From Candidatus Babeliales bacterium (GTDB lineage: Bacteria; Babelota; Babeliae; Babelales; JANWKD01), in assembly GCA_963701665.1 (NCBI GenBank), contig OY969622.1:448001-512000 (forward strand): a DNA stretch of 64,000 nucleotides. Reading direction: 5' to 3'. Both the position numbers and the translations under genes were made by a program. Positions 22,719-32,188 of this stretch are shown in pieces (positions within the stretch are counted from its first letter, which is position 1; each line of letters begins with the position of its first letter). The notes below the pieces were generated by a model. The model did not search any database, had not been told where the DNA came from, and worked only from the letters and a program-made list of their open reading frames with translations.

Positions 22719-23279
22719 ATGAAAAAAAAGTCTACTCCAGTTGGATCTTCTCAAGAGCAAAAAACTGCTGCTCCAAAGCGTATGAAGAAATTGTCAGAAT
22801 ATGGAAAGCAGCTTGAAGAAAAACAAAAAGTAAAAAGTATGTATGGCATGCTTGAAAGGCAATTCAAGAGATTTTTTAAATTAGCAGCAAAGAGTCAGGA
22901 AGCAGCTGGTGAGCGTTTATTGAGCTTATTGGAGAGAAGACTTGATAATACGGTATACCGACTTAAACTTGCATCTACTCGTGCACAAGCTCGACAAATT
23001 ATTGTGCATGGTCACATTTTAGTAAATGGACACAAGGTATATTCTCCTTCATATCTCGTCTCTGTTGATGAAGAAATTTCTTTAGCACCTAATGTTACGC
23101 AAAAAATAGAATTTTTGGAGAGAGTAATTGATAAACGGCTCAATATTGGTGTTAAGGTGCCAGAGTGGTTAGAGTTAAACAAAAAAGATCGAAAAGGTCG
23201 TGTTTTACGTCTACCAGTTCGTTCTGATATCCAAGTGCCAATTGAAGAGCATTTAATTGTTGAGTTATATTCCAAATAA
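22719..23279 (+). CDS. rpsD: 30S ribosomal protein S4
   Basis: [37 protein letters not shown]. Confidence 0.96.
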   Translation: MKKKSTPVGSSQEQKTAAPKRMKKLSEYGKQLEEKQKVKSMYGMLERQFKRFFKLAAKSQEAAGERLLSLLERRLDNTVYRLKLASTRAQARQIIVHGHILVNGHKVYSPSYLVSVDEEISLAPNVTQKIEFLERVIDKRLNIGVKVPEWLELNKKDRKGRVLRLPVRSDIQVPIEEHLIVELYSK

Positions 23280-23339
23280 CGCAAGATAATTCTTGCACGT
23301 CGCTCAAGATTTCGTTGAGTCGACTTTTCAGGAGAACAT

Positions 23340-24393
23340 ATGGATAAGAAGGAGTATAAACCTTTAACAATTCCACTGCTTGGTTGGAATAAGAAAACCC
23401 TAAGTGAAACGTTCGGTGAACTTGTTGCGCAACCATTAGAGCCTGGTTTTGGAATCACATTAGGTAATGCATTACGTAGAGTTTTGCTAGGGGGAGTAGA
23501 AGGTTCTGCCGTTACATCCGTCATTATAAAAGGCGTGAATAACGAATTTTCATCATTGCCAGGTGTTATAGAAGATGCTATGCAAGTAATCCTTAATATT
23601 AAGGAAATAGTTGTACGTAATAAAGCATGGAAAACCTGGTAAAATGCAGCTTACCGTTAAGGGTGAATCAGTTGGTCGTGTTTCAGATATTGTGGCTGAT
23701 GATCACTTAGAACTTATTAACAAGGATCATGTTATTGCGCATGTTGCTCCTAACGGCGTTCTTGAAATAGAATTTTTTGTTGAGCCTGGTCGCGGGTATC
23801 AACCTGCTCAATGGCCTGCTGGCAAACAATTGCAAGATGATGGACGCATTTATCTTGACTCTATGTTTTCTCCTGTTCGTAAAGTTACTTTTGATGTTGA
23901 AAAGACGCGTGTTGGCCGAGATATTGATTACGATAAATTAATTATCCGTATTGATACGGATGGTGCAGAGTCACCCCAAGAAGTCTTACACTATGCAGTT
24001 TCTGTATTGCGTACACAATTGGAACATTTTTTGTTGAATCCAGAAATTCCTTTTAATGATATTTCATCAGTACCTGAAGATGCTGCTAAGTATATTCAGC
24101 CAAAAGGCTCAACAGAGCAAGGGCTTAAAGGTATCCCTGTTGATTTGTTATTAAAGCCAATTAATGAATTAGAATTATCGGTTCGCGCTCACAACTGTTT
24201 GATTAATGCAGGCATTAAGCGAGTTGTTGATCTGGTTAATTATTCTGAAGATGAGGCACTAAAAATTAAGAATTTTGGTCGTAAATCATTAGATGAAGTT
24301 AAAGAAAGCCTTAAAGCATTCGGTCTTTCGTTCGGCATGAACATCAAAGAATCTGATTTGAAAAAATTAGCAAAAATTGCTGATGAAGAATAA
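23340..24393 (+). CDS. rpoA: RNA polymerase alpha subunit (one apparent frameshift near 23630)
   Basis: [45 protein letters not shown]. Confidence 0.95.
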
Positions 24394-24416
24394 TGAATAA
24401 CAAAAGGTAAGAACTC

Positions 24417-24773
24417 ATGAATCATCAAAGTGGTAGAAAAAAATTAAATTTAAAAGGTCCTCATCGTCGAGCGATGTTACGTAATCAAGTTATTCATCTG
24501 ATTACTTACGGGCATTTGGTTACTACAAAAGCAAATGCAAAAGAAGTAAAGAAATTAGCCGAAAAAGTTGTTACCATTGCGCGTGCTGGAAATTCATTCA
24601 ACTCGTTCAGACGTGTTAACGCGTTGCTTCCTTATAAAAAAGAAGCAGTTAACAAACTTTTTAAAGAAATTGCGCCAACGTACGCAAATCGTCCCGGCGG
24701 ATACACTCGCCTTATTTCGCTTGGTAAACGCGTCAGTGATACAGCACCGATTGCAAAATTGGAATGGGTATAA
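24417..24773 (+). CDS. rplQ: 50S ribosomal protein L17
   Basis: HRRAMLRN, TTKANAKE, RPGGYTR. Confidence 0.97.
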   Translation: MNHQSGRKKLNLKGPHRRAMLRNQVIHLITYGHLVTTKANAKEVKKLAEKVVTIARAGNSFNSFRRVNALLPYKKEAVNKLFKEIAPTYANRPGGYTRLISLGKRVSDTAPIAKLEWV

Positions 24774-24997
24774 CGTTAGCTGAACAAATTAAGCAAGCAT
24801 TATATGCATTACGGCCAGCTCTTGAAAAAGATGGCGGTGATCTTGAGTTTGTATCATTTGATGGACAAACAGTGTTTATAAAATTAAAGGGTACCTGTAC
24901 CAGGTGCCCTTTTTCATTTATTACCGTTCAGTTAGGTCTTTTTGAGGCGCTCAAACAACAGTTCTCCATGATTCAATCTATTGAAGTTCTGGAATAA
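24764..24997 (+). CDS. NifU C-terminal domain protein
   Basis: LRPALEKDGGDLEFV..IKLKGTCTRCP. Confidence 0.85.
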   Translation: MGITLAEQIKQALYALRPALEKDGGDLEFVSFDGQTVFIKLKGTCTRCPFSFITVQLGLFEALKQQFSMIQSIEVLE

Positions 24998-25036
24998 TCA
25001 TTAGTTTTAAAGAATTTTTAAAAATATAGAGAAGTT

Positions 25037-25456
25037 ATGAGCAATAAGAATATTAGAGTCGGATGTGAAATTTTTTTGATAAAAGATGGCGCTCTTTTAT
25101 TAGGAAAAAGAAAGAATTGTTATGGAGAAGGAACGTGGGCGTTACCCGGTGGTCATTTAGAACAAGGGGAATTAATAAGTGATTGTGTAAGAAGAGAATT
25201 AAAAGAAGAATTAGGAATTGAAGCCTTAGAGTTTAATCTCATTAGCGTTGCTGAAAATATCGGTGACCATGGTCATTATATACATTTGTCTTTTTTGCTC
25301 AAAAGATTTTTGGGTGATATCAAAAACATGGAGCCTGACCGCTGTTACGAGTGAAAATTTTTTGCTCTATCAAATTTGCCGGAAGAATTATTCAGTCCTC
25401 ATAGAAACATTCTCAAAAATTACTCTGAAAATGTTTTGTATTTAGAAAGAAAATAA
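25037..25456 (+). pseudogene. NUDIX hydrolase with in-frame TGA at 25352-25354
   Basis: Nudix box GGHLEQGELISDCVRRELKEELGI; frame continues after TGA as KFFALSNLPEELFSPHRNILKNY to TAA at 25456. Confidence 0.75.
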
Positions 25457-25473
25457 TTTTTCCTTATAGGAAA

Positions 25474-28188
25474 TCATCCCTGTTCCATAACTTGCACCGT
25501 GCTACCCTGTGCGCCTTTCTCAATCATAAAATGTACCGGAAATTGATCTTTCATGGTAGGTAAGTGTGACACGATAATAATTTTGCAAAAATTATTTTGG
25601 ATTTTATGAAGCGCGTCCATGATGTAAGACAGTCCTTCTTCATCTTGCGAGCCAAATCCCTCGTCAATGATGAGCGTTTGCAGCGAAGTTCCCGCGCGTC
25701 TTGCCAATAATTTTGAAATGGCAATGCGCAGTGCAAAATCAATTCTGAAAGCCTCGCCTCCAGAAAAAAGCTCGTAAGGCCTGATGCCTTGCGCGTCTGA
25801 AATTTTGATGTCGAGCGTTTCCTTCGTTCCGCCTTTTTGTAAATCGCGCAACGATTCAATCATAATGTGCGATTGATTGTTGGTGAGCTGCCCCAGCAAT
25901 TCGTTTGCTTCCTGCTCAATTTCTGGCAATGCTTCTTCAATTAACAACGCTTGAATGCCATCTTTTCCTAATGTTGTTGCAAGAAGCTGGTAATCATCAA
26001 TTTCTTCTTGTAACACGCGCAGTTCATGTTCTTGTAGCACGCGTTTTTTTTCAAGCAACTCGAGCGTCGCCTGCTCTTGCTCGAGTTTTCCTTTATCAAC
26101 GAGCGTTTTCTCTTTGAGCGTTTGAAGCTCCCTCGTTTCATGGTCAAGAACGCGCGCATCATGATCAATGGCATCTTGTTCTTGTTCTAGATCATTAAAA
26201 AGAAGCATATCACGATCTAATTTTTGCAATGCTTTTTTAAGCTCCTTGAGCGTTTTGCACAGTGCATGTACATCATCTTTTCTTTTTTGTTGTTGTGCAA
26301 TCTCTTGCAAGAAATGTGCCATCTCTTGTTTCTGACGCTCGATATCCTGAAGCGCGTGCACTATTTTTTGATGATTTTCTTGATGATACAATGAATTTTT
26401 TACCTGCTCATGAGCGCGTGCAAGTTGCTCGATCAAAGCTGTGTAGCGTTCGTTTGCAGTGAGGTAGAGATGCTCGCTTTTTTGATGCGCGTGCAGTTCT
26501 TCTTGAAGCATGCGTATATCATGTTCACGCGTTTCAACTTCTTTTTTGAGGATCACAAGCGCGTGCTCAATCTGTTGTTGCTGGGCGCTTGCTTCGTGCT
26601 CGTTTTTTTTCAGTTCTTCTACGTGCGCATTGAATTGTGAACGGAGAAGATTTTTATTTTTTGCGTCTTCAAGCAACGCATGTTGTTCAAGCAATAGTTG
26701 CTTTAATGACTTTGTGCAGGAGCTTAAACGCGCTAAACGATTCTTGTAAAATTTTTCTTCAAGAAGATATTTAGTTTTTAAAAATTTTTTGCGCGAGGCT
26801 GATAAATTTTGTTCACATAATGGGCAGCTTGTTGTGGTGTCGTCATGCTGCAAATGCATTTTTTGTTGAATGTTTAAAAGCTCTTTGGCAATCATATTGC
26901 CTTGCGCGCTCCATTGATGATAGATCGTTTTTCTTTTTTCAAACTGTTTTTCTTGTGCACTCGTATCATGCTCTCCGAGCGCGTGCAGTTCTTTTTCAAG
27001 CGCGCGCATCTTGTCTTGTGCGCGTGCACGAGCTTCATGAAATGCAGTAATTTGGGAGTGCAAAGCTTTTTCTTCTGCTTTTTTTGCAGCACCTTGTGCT
27101 TGATGCATAAAGAGTTTTGTTTGCACGTCATTCATTTTTTGCCTGAACTCATGATCGTGCGTATTTTTGATGAGCTGCTGCTCTTCCTGTATGCGCAAAA
27201 TATCAGCTTTCAACTCAAGATTTTTTTGGAACTGTTGTTGAAAAAGAGAATTTTTTTCTAACAGCTCTTTGTGCTGCCTTTCAAGTGCTGCAGTATCAGG
27301 AAGCGATCGCTGCTGCCGATGAATATTTTTCCACGCATGATAGGTGCTCAAGAGCTTCTTGTGCAATTCTTGCTGCTCATGGCTGATTTGGTGGTGCTGT
27401 TGTATGAGTAGTTTTTTTTGTTCTTGTCTTTGTGCGCATCGTCGTTTGCGTGTTTCAAGCTCTTGATGCTGCGCATGCATCTTTTTTTCTTTGAGCGTAA
27501 GCTGTGCAAAGATATCGACAATGGCGGCAATATTATTTTTTAATGCATCCTTTTTTTCTAACTCTTGCTGAATAGTATGATGGAATGCTTGGAGTTGTTG
27601 AAGTTTATAGGCTGCTTCTTTCGTTTTATCCAACGCAAGTTTTTTCATGACCTCGTAATGCTTGAGCCCTAAAATCGTACTCAAAATTTCCTTGCGATCT
27701 TTTGGCGATTTTTTTGAAAACTCGTTGGATTGTCCTTGGCGTAGAAAGGCTGTATTTATAAATGAGTCAAAATCAAGGCCGAGGGTGGTTTCGATCGTGG
27801 TTTGCGTTTCTCGAATCGTTTTGCCCGTTAAAGCCGTTGATTGATGTCCTGTATCATCAAGTATCCCAAAATCGAGGGCGGCATAGGGTTTCCCGTACGT
27901 TTTTGCAAACTCGCGCCTGATGCGATACACATTGCCATTAAACATGAAATCCAAAATTACCATCATCTGTGTTTGCCCGAGGCGCAGTAGATGATTATCG
28001 GCTTTGGCAACGCCTGAAATTTTACGTGCTTGTCCCCAAATTGCCCACGTAATGGCATCCAAAAGAGCTGATTTGCCATGACCGTTTTTCCCGCTTAGGC
28101 ATATAAGAGGATAGGGACCAAAATCGATGGTTTGGAGCGTGGGGCCATAGCTGAGGAAATTTTTGAGTTGTATTTTTAAGGGGATCAT
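25474..28188 (-). CDS. sbcC: SbcC/Rad50-like SMC family ATPase
   Basis: LKNFLSY, Walker A GKNGHGKS, coiled coil, CPLC zinc hook, FSGGE signature, LIIDEGFGSQD. Confidence 0.88.
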   Translation of the reverse strand: MIPLKIQLKNFLSYGPTLQTIDFGPYPLICLSGKNGHGKSALLDAITWAIWGQARKISGVAKADNHLLRLGQTQMMVILDFMFNGNVYRIRREFAKTYGKPYAALDFGILDDTGHQSTALTGKTIRETQTTIETTLGLDFDSFINTAFLRQGQSNEFSKKSPKDRKEILSTILGLKHYEVMKKLALDKTKEAAYKLQQLQAFHHTIQQELEKKDALKNNIAAIVDIFAQLTLKEKKMHAQHQELETRKRRCAQRQEQKKLLIQQHHQISHEQQELHKKLLSTYHAWKNIHRQQRSLPDTAALERQHKELLEKNSLFQQQFQKNLELKADILRIQEEQQLIKNTHDHEFRQKMNDVQTKLFMHQAQGAAKKAEEKALHSQITAFHEARARAQDKMRALEKELHALGEHDTSAQEKQFEKRKTIYHQWSAQGNMIAKELLNIQQKMHLQHDDTTTSCPLCEQNLSASRKKFLKTKYLLEEKFYKNRLARLSSCTKSLKQLLLEQHALLEDAKNKNLLRSQFNAHVEELKKNEHEASAQQQQIEHALVILKKEVETREHDIRMLQEELHAHQKSEHLYLTANERYTALIEQLARAHEQVKNSLYHQENHQKIVHALQDIERQKQEMAHFLQEIAQQQKRKDDVHALCKTLKELKKALQKLDRDMLLFNDLEQEQDAIDHDARVLDHETRELQTLKEKTLVDKGKLEQEQATLELLEKKRVLQEHELRVLQEEIDDYQLLATTLGKDGIQALLIEEALPEIEQEANELLGQLTNNQSHIMIESLRDLQKGGTKETLDIKISDAQGIRPYELFSGGEAFRIDFALRIAISKLLARRAGTSLQTLIIDEGFGSQDEEGLSYIMDALHKIQNNFCKIIIVSHLPTMKDQFPVHFMIEKGAQGSTVQVMEQG

Positions 28189-28333
28189 GGTACGTTTTAT
28201 TAAATTTTTTAAAAAAATTCGAGGAACGTTTTATTTTACCACGCAGAGTAAGAGCCTACAAGGTATATAAAATAAACCTTTGGTTGCATTTTTTGCCAAA
28301 AAACAGTAAGTTAAAAACATTAAAACAAAGTAT

Positions 28334-28410
28334 GGTGAGTGTAGCTCAGCTGGTAGAGCATCAGGTTGTGGCTCTGAGGGTCGTGGGTTCGATCCCCACC
28401 ACTCACCCCA
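28334..28410 (+). tRNA. tRNA-His (GTG), with G-1 and encoded CCA
   Basis: Cloverleaf; anticodon arm TCAGG-TTGTGGC-TCTGA; GTTCGA T-loop. Confidence 0.95.
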
Positions 28411-28473
28411 GTCATTTCCTTCGGAAATGCCTGGCAGGCCATCATACTTCGGTAGTATGGACGTGTCTTCGCT
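28411..28473 (+). repeat. Two hairpin units abutting the tRNA-His CCA (divergent CTTCG family)
   Basis: CCA|GTCATTTCCTTCGGAAATGCCTGGCAGG|CCA followed by CATACTTCGGTAGTATGGACGTGTCTTCGC; shares GTC...GCCTGGC..GCCA with elements at 50586 and 51029. Confidence 0.6.
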
Positions 28474-28476
28474 TAT

Positions 28477-28734
28477 TTGGAGTTCTTTGTGGTCATTATA
28501 GATGGAAATTATTTCTTAGGTAGCCTCTTCATCTTATTAGGAGGTGCGCTTCTTCTAAAAGAAATATTTAAATGGGATATACCGATTTTTAAAATCGCGA
28601 TCAGTATCTTTTTAATCTATTGGGGTTTGACATTACTGTTTCACATCGATACTTCGTTTGAAAAGAAAAGTGACCGTAAGAATCGTCATGTAAAAATTAA
28701 TTTTCAGTATCCGAAAAATGATTCTGAAGAGTAA
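28477..28734 (+). CDS. Small hypothetical membrane protein
   Basis: Two hydrophobic helices; start codon uncertain. Confidence 0.45.
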   Translation: MEFFVVIIDGNYFLGSLFILLGGALLLKEIFKWDIPIFKIAISIFLIYWGLTLLFHIDTSFEKKSDRKNRHVKINFQYPKNDSEE

Positions 28735-28822
28735 GCTTTCATAAGCACTATAACCTCAAAAAGTAGTTGCTTTTATTGATAAAAATCGTTACATTAACTT
28801 GTACAAAAATTGATTTATCTGT

Positions 28823-28898
28823 CGGGGCGTAGCGCAATTGGTAGCGCACTCGCTTTGGGAGCGAGGGGTTGCCAGTTCGAGTCTGGCCGCCCCGACCA
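28823..28898 (+). tRNA. tRNA-Pro (TGG)
   Basis: CGGGGCG acceptor stem, anticodon arm CTCGC-TTTGGGA-GCGAG, encoded CCA. Confidence 0.95.
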
Positions 28899-29032
28899 TT
28901 CTGTATAGACTAAATCTGGAGTCAATAATGAAAAAGACCGAACTATTGCGTTCAACAGGGCTTTTTTTGTAAACTTATACTATAGTAAATAATACTTTTC
29001 CGGTGGCTATCTTTTCCCCTCTCATTTGAAAG

Positions 29033-29941
29033 TTGTATATGAACAGGTTTATTGTATTTATACTTTTTTTTAACGTCTTCATAAATCTGGCTCACATTAA
29101 AGAAATAGTGATTTTGGAGCCTTCTACCAGCCCATTTTCAAAAATGGTTGAAAAACATGTAGCTCATCTTGCTACAAATTATTTTCAGCAGGTTTCATCA
29201 CATGATATTCAGGTTTTGGTGAATGCGCTATTGGCTTCGTATCAGTATGCTAAAGCTGATTTGAAATACGATACGTTAGTTTCTAAAATTCTGGTAAATC
29301 TTTGGAAGCTTAAAACCGACCATAATAAAGAAGAAGCTATAACCAAATTTATTACTCTCTCAAAAAAGTTTATTCGAATCAATGAACAAAAAACATTAGC
29401 TGCTGCAGTGTGGCATGGAGTAACGGAATATCTTGATGCTCCAGAACAAGAAAATGCAGCGTATATTTTTGCCCAAATAGCGGAAGAAAGAATAAAAATT
29501 GTCCAAGAATATTTGGACAATAATAAAGAATTATTTTTTCAATCATGTATGCAGGCGCAAGAATACAATCAAAAAGCCGCACAAAGAATTCATAGCATTG
29601 CAAATGTTTTTAAAGCGGTATGTGAAATGCCTTTTGATGGATCGCCAGAAGAATATTCTTTAGCCGCATTAAATGCTGCATATAAGATGGCTCTTATGTT
29701 AGAAGAAGAGCAGCCAAAGCTTATGAATGCTTTAAAGCCTATTTTACACCATATAGAAGATGTTATCTTAATGAATATCATGCTTGATAGCTTATACTAT
29801 GCAGAATGCTATAGTTTTTTGAAGAAACAACATAATGGTGAAGATACTATGATACTTTTTGATTATGATGGTTTTATACCGGAAGATAAAAGAGCTGATC
29901 ATCTTCCCTATGTTGTTTATTGTAACGAAGGGTTACATTAA
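29033..29941 (+). CDS. Hypothetical secreted alpha-helical protein
   Basis: Long ORF with signal-peptide-like N-terminus; no recognisable motif. Confidence 0.6.
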   Translation: MYMNRFIVFILFFNVFINLAHIKEIVILEPSTSPFSKMVEKHVAHLATNYFQQVSSHDIQVLVNALLASYQYAKADLKYDTLVSKILVNLWKLKTDHNKEEAITKFITLSKKFIRINEQKTLAAAVWHGVTEYLDAPEQENAAYIFAQIAEERIKIVQEYLDNNKELFFQSCMQAQEYNQKAAQRIHSIANVFKAVCEMPFDGSPEEYSLAALNAAYKMALMLEEEQPKLMNALKPILHHIEDVILMNIMLDSLYYAECYSFLKKQHNGEDTMILFDYDGFIPEDKRADHLPYVVYCNEGLH

Positions 29942-30041
29942 AAATTCGAAAAATTATTGGCATAAGCCGCATGGAGCGGCTTAACACCAAGTACCAAATG
30001 AAACCTCCATGTTCCCCTTGGATTTTATTTACTTTGTAAAT

Positions 30042-32096
30042 TTATAAAATACTTTGAATTTCTGACGTAAAATCTTCTTGGCCACCCATGCGTTTATAGT
30101 TCTCAATCAATTCAAGAGCTTGTGGAGCATCATTATTGATGATGTTCTTTCTAATATCTTGTTCCATAGTGCTTAATTCTTCTGGTGTTGCTTTAACCTG
30201 GGCAACGTTCTGATTTTCAAGTAAAGAAATAATTGTATTGACACGTTCATCAGAAAGACGTGAACTATTGTTTGCTGAATCCATAACGATATAATCATGC
30301 TTGTTATCATGTTTATACAGTATTAATGCAAACCAATGGCCATGAGATGCTCCCGCGCGTCCTGCGGTGCATATAATGAAGATATGATAATAATCTGCTA
30401 TTGTTTCATCATTAAGCGCATCGCGTGCTTCTTTAAGGGGATCTCCCATATCTCGCATAATTTCTGCATAAGTTGCTGGATCTATATTGCCTCCGTGGGT
30501 GTTGGTAAGATCATTGATGTCTTCAATGATAGTAAAGCCATGATTAAGGTTATGAACTAATCCTGCTCGTTTTTCTTGATGAAGATCAGGTGATTTTGCT
30601 TGTTCAAAGGTATGAAGCATTGCAATTTCTTCAACTTGTAACCAGTCTCCATCGCTATTGAGTGGACTTTGATTATTATCGTTATAATATTTGAATACAC
30701 CCGGTGATGCATCGAGATTGAGTTCAAATTCTTTTATAGAGCCAATATCAAAATATTTTCCAAGAGTATCATTTCCAGTTAGGTAATCAGCCAGTAATTT
30801 GAATAGATGCATAAGATCTTCGCATATATAATCTGGCTTGCCTTCAAAATTTTCTAGTGGGCCCTCAAAAAAATCATCAGGATTTGTAATGAACCCTTCT
30901 TTGTTTACTTCATTGCGTATAAATTCAATGACATTTTCAGGAATTATAATTACGTTGGTAACTTCGCCTTGTGTTAAGGCTCGTGCTGCTTGTAAAGCAA
31001 AGTTATCAATAAGAGTTCCATAACGCGCATGAATTTTACTTTTTTTAAACGTATAGACCTTGCCTTCGATCTGTATTGTTGTTGATTCATTGATAGCATT
31101 AAGTTCTTTTAATCCAAGATTATGATAAATATAATTTTTGAACGCTCGTTCTGCACGCAATTGCATGATGATTGCGCGCCAAGTACCAACATCATCTTTT
31201 TCCAGTGGGCCGAATAATGTTTTTATTTTTGAGAAATTATTGAGAGTTTCTTGTAGCGTTGCATCATCATGAATAGCATGAAGCGCGCGTATAATAACAA
31301 ATAAACTATTTTTTAATGCATGATAACCGCAACTTGCATAGCTGCCACCATTATAAGCAAACTGATTTGCAACATAGAACTGCATAAGATTACTATGTTC
31401 ATTGAGGGTAACTTCTCTGCCTGCGAGTGATTCTCCTTTGTATTCTATCATTGGTGTGCTGAATAAGGCAGTAAAAAAAGATTTCTTTTTGACTTGTGTT
31501 TTAGCTTCTCCTGATGTGTTTTCCATCGCGATAGGTGTATTTGATACTGTTTTCTTGGGCCAGAATTTTTCGAAAAAAAGCTCGAGAAGAGAAATTTTTG
31601 GGTCATTTTCTGCTATCGCCACTATCGATTCAGGAACATCGGCCTCTTTACGGTCCAAAACCTCTGTTTCAGATATTTCTATTTGGCGTGTTTTAACATA
31701 CGCGTAATCAAGTATCTTATAAATGAGCCCTTTTGATGAAGTTTTACGTGGAGGTTTGTTTTTAATTTTTGAGATAGTTGTGGAGGTTTTCTTTAGCCGG
31801 ACTTCTTCAAGAACTTGTTTTAAACCTGATGATATTTTTGGATCGTTTTCCGCCAAAGGCAACATTGACTCGTCTATTTCTTTCTTGGTAAATATACGAT
31901 CTAGTTTTGATTCTTCGGAGTTTTTTTGTTTAGGAAGTATTTCTTCTTGCTGACGTGATTTGGCATATGAATAGTGAGCCAACTTAGTAGCCAGACGAGA
32001 AATTTGTGCTAGCATTGCGGCGCTCTCGTGAACCTGTATCAAACCCAGACAGGTTACCAGGGTAACCAGGTATTGCTTGATTGACATTGCGTACAC
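30042..32096 (-). CDS. Secreted protein with putative papain/Josephin-like cysteine protease domain
   Basis: Signal peptide; SCGYHALKN...GHWFAL...VMDS motif order. Confidence 0.55.
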   Translation of the reverse strand: MYAMSIKQYLVTLVTCLGLIQVHESAAMLAQISRLATKLAHYSYAKSRQQEEILPKQKNSEESKLDRIFTKKEIDESMLPLAENDPKISSGLKQVLEEVRLKKTSTTISKIKNKPPRKTSSKGLIYKILDYAYVKTRQIEISETEVLDRKEADVPESIVAIAENDPKISLLELFFEKFWPKKTVSNTPIAMENTSGEAKTQVKKKSFFTALFSTPMIEYKGESLAGREVTLNEHSNLMQFYVANQFAYNGGSYASCGYHALKNSLFVIIRALHAIHDDATLQETLNNFSKIKTLFGPLEKDDVGTWRAIIMQLRAERAFKNYIYHNLGLKELNAINESTTIQIEGKVYTFKKSKIHARYGTLIDNFALQAARALTQGEVTNVIIIPENVIEFIRNEVNKEGFITNPDDFFEGPLENFEGKPDYICEDLMHLFKLLADYLTGNDTLGKYFDIGSIKEFELNLDASPGVFKYYNDNNQSPLNSDGDWLQVEEIAMLHTFEQAKSPDLHQEKRAGLVHNLNHGFTIIEDINDLTNTHGGNIDPATYAEIMRDMGDPLKEARDALNDETIADYYHIFIICTAGRAGASHGHWFALILYKHDNKHDYIVMDSANNSSRLSDERVNTIISLLENQNVAQVKATPEELSTMEQDIRKNIINNDAPQALELIENYKRMGGQEDFTSEIQSIL

Positions 32097-32188
32097 CTAC
32101 CATTTTTAACCATATTAATAAAAAATAGTGTACCTTTAAAATTCAGTATTGTCAAATTGGCTATTTTTATAGGCAATAATCAGGATAC

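Noticed and set aside
6532..24393. Programmed frameshifting or true pseudogenisation of fusA, tuf, r-proteins and rpoA
   Set aside because: There are too many shifts in essential genes, with no shared slippery motif; sequence error is far more likely.
25352..25354. TGA-to-Trp genetic code reassignment
   Set aside because: TGA terminates conserved genes at their expected ends (rplX, rpsC, secY, yebC) and TGG is used for Trp.
25474..28188. SMC-based defence system (Wadjet or Lamassu)
   Set aside because: The zinc hook and signature fit SbcC/Rad50, and no partner genes are adjacent; sbcD is not in the window.
28284..28523. 79-aa ORF
   Set aside because: It overlaps tRNA-His and its trailer; spurious.
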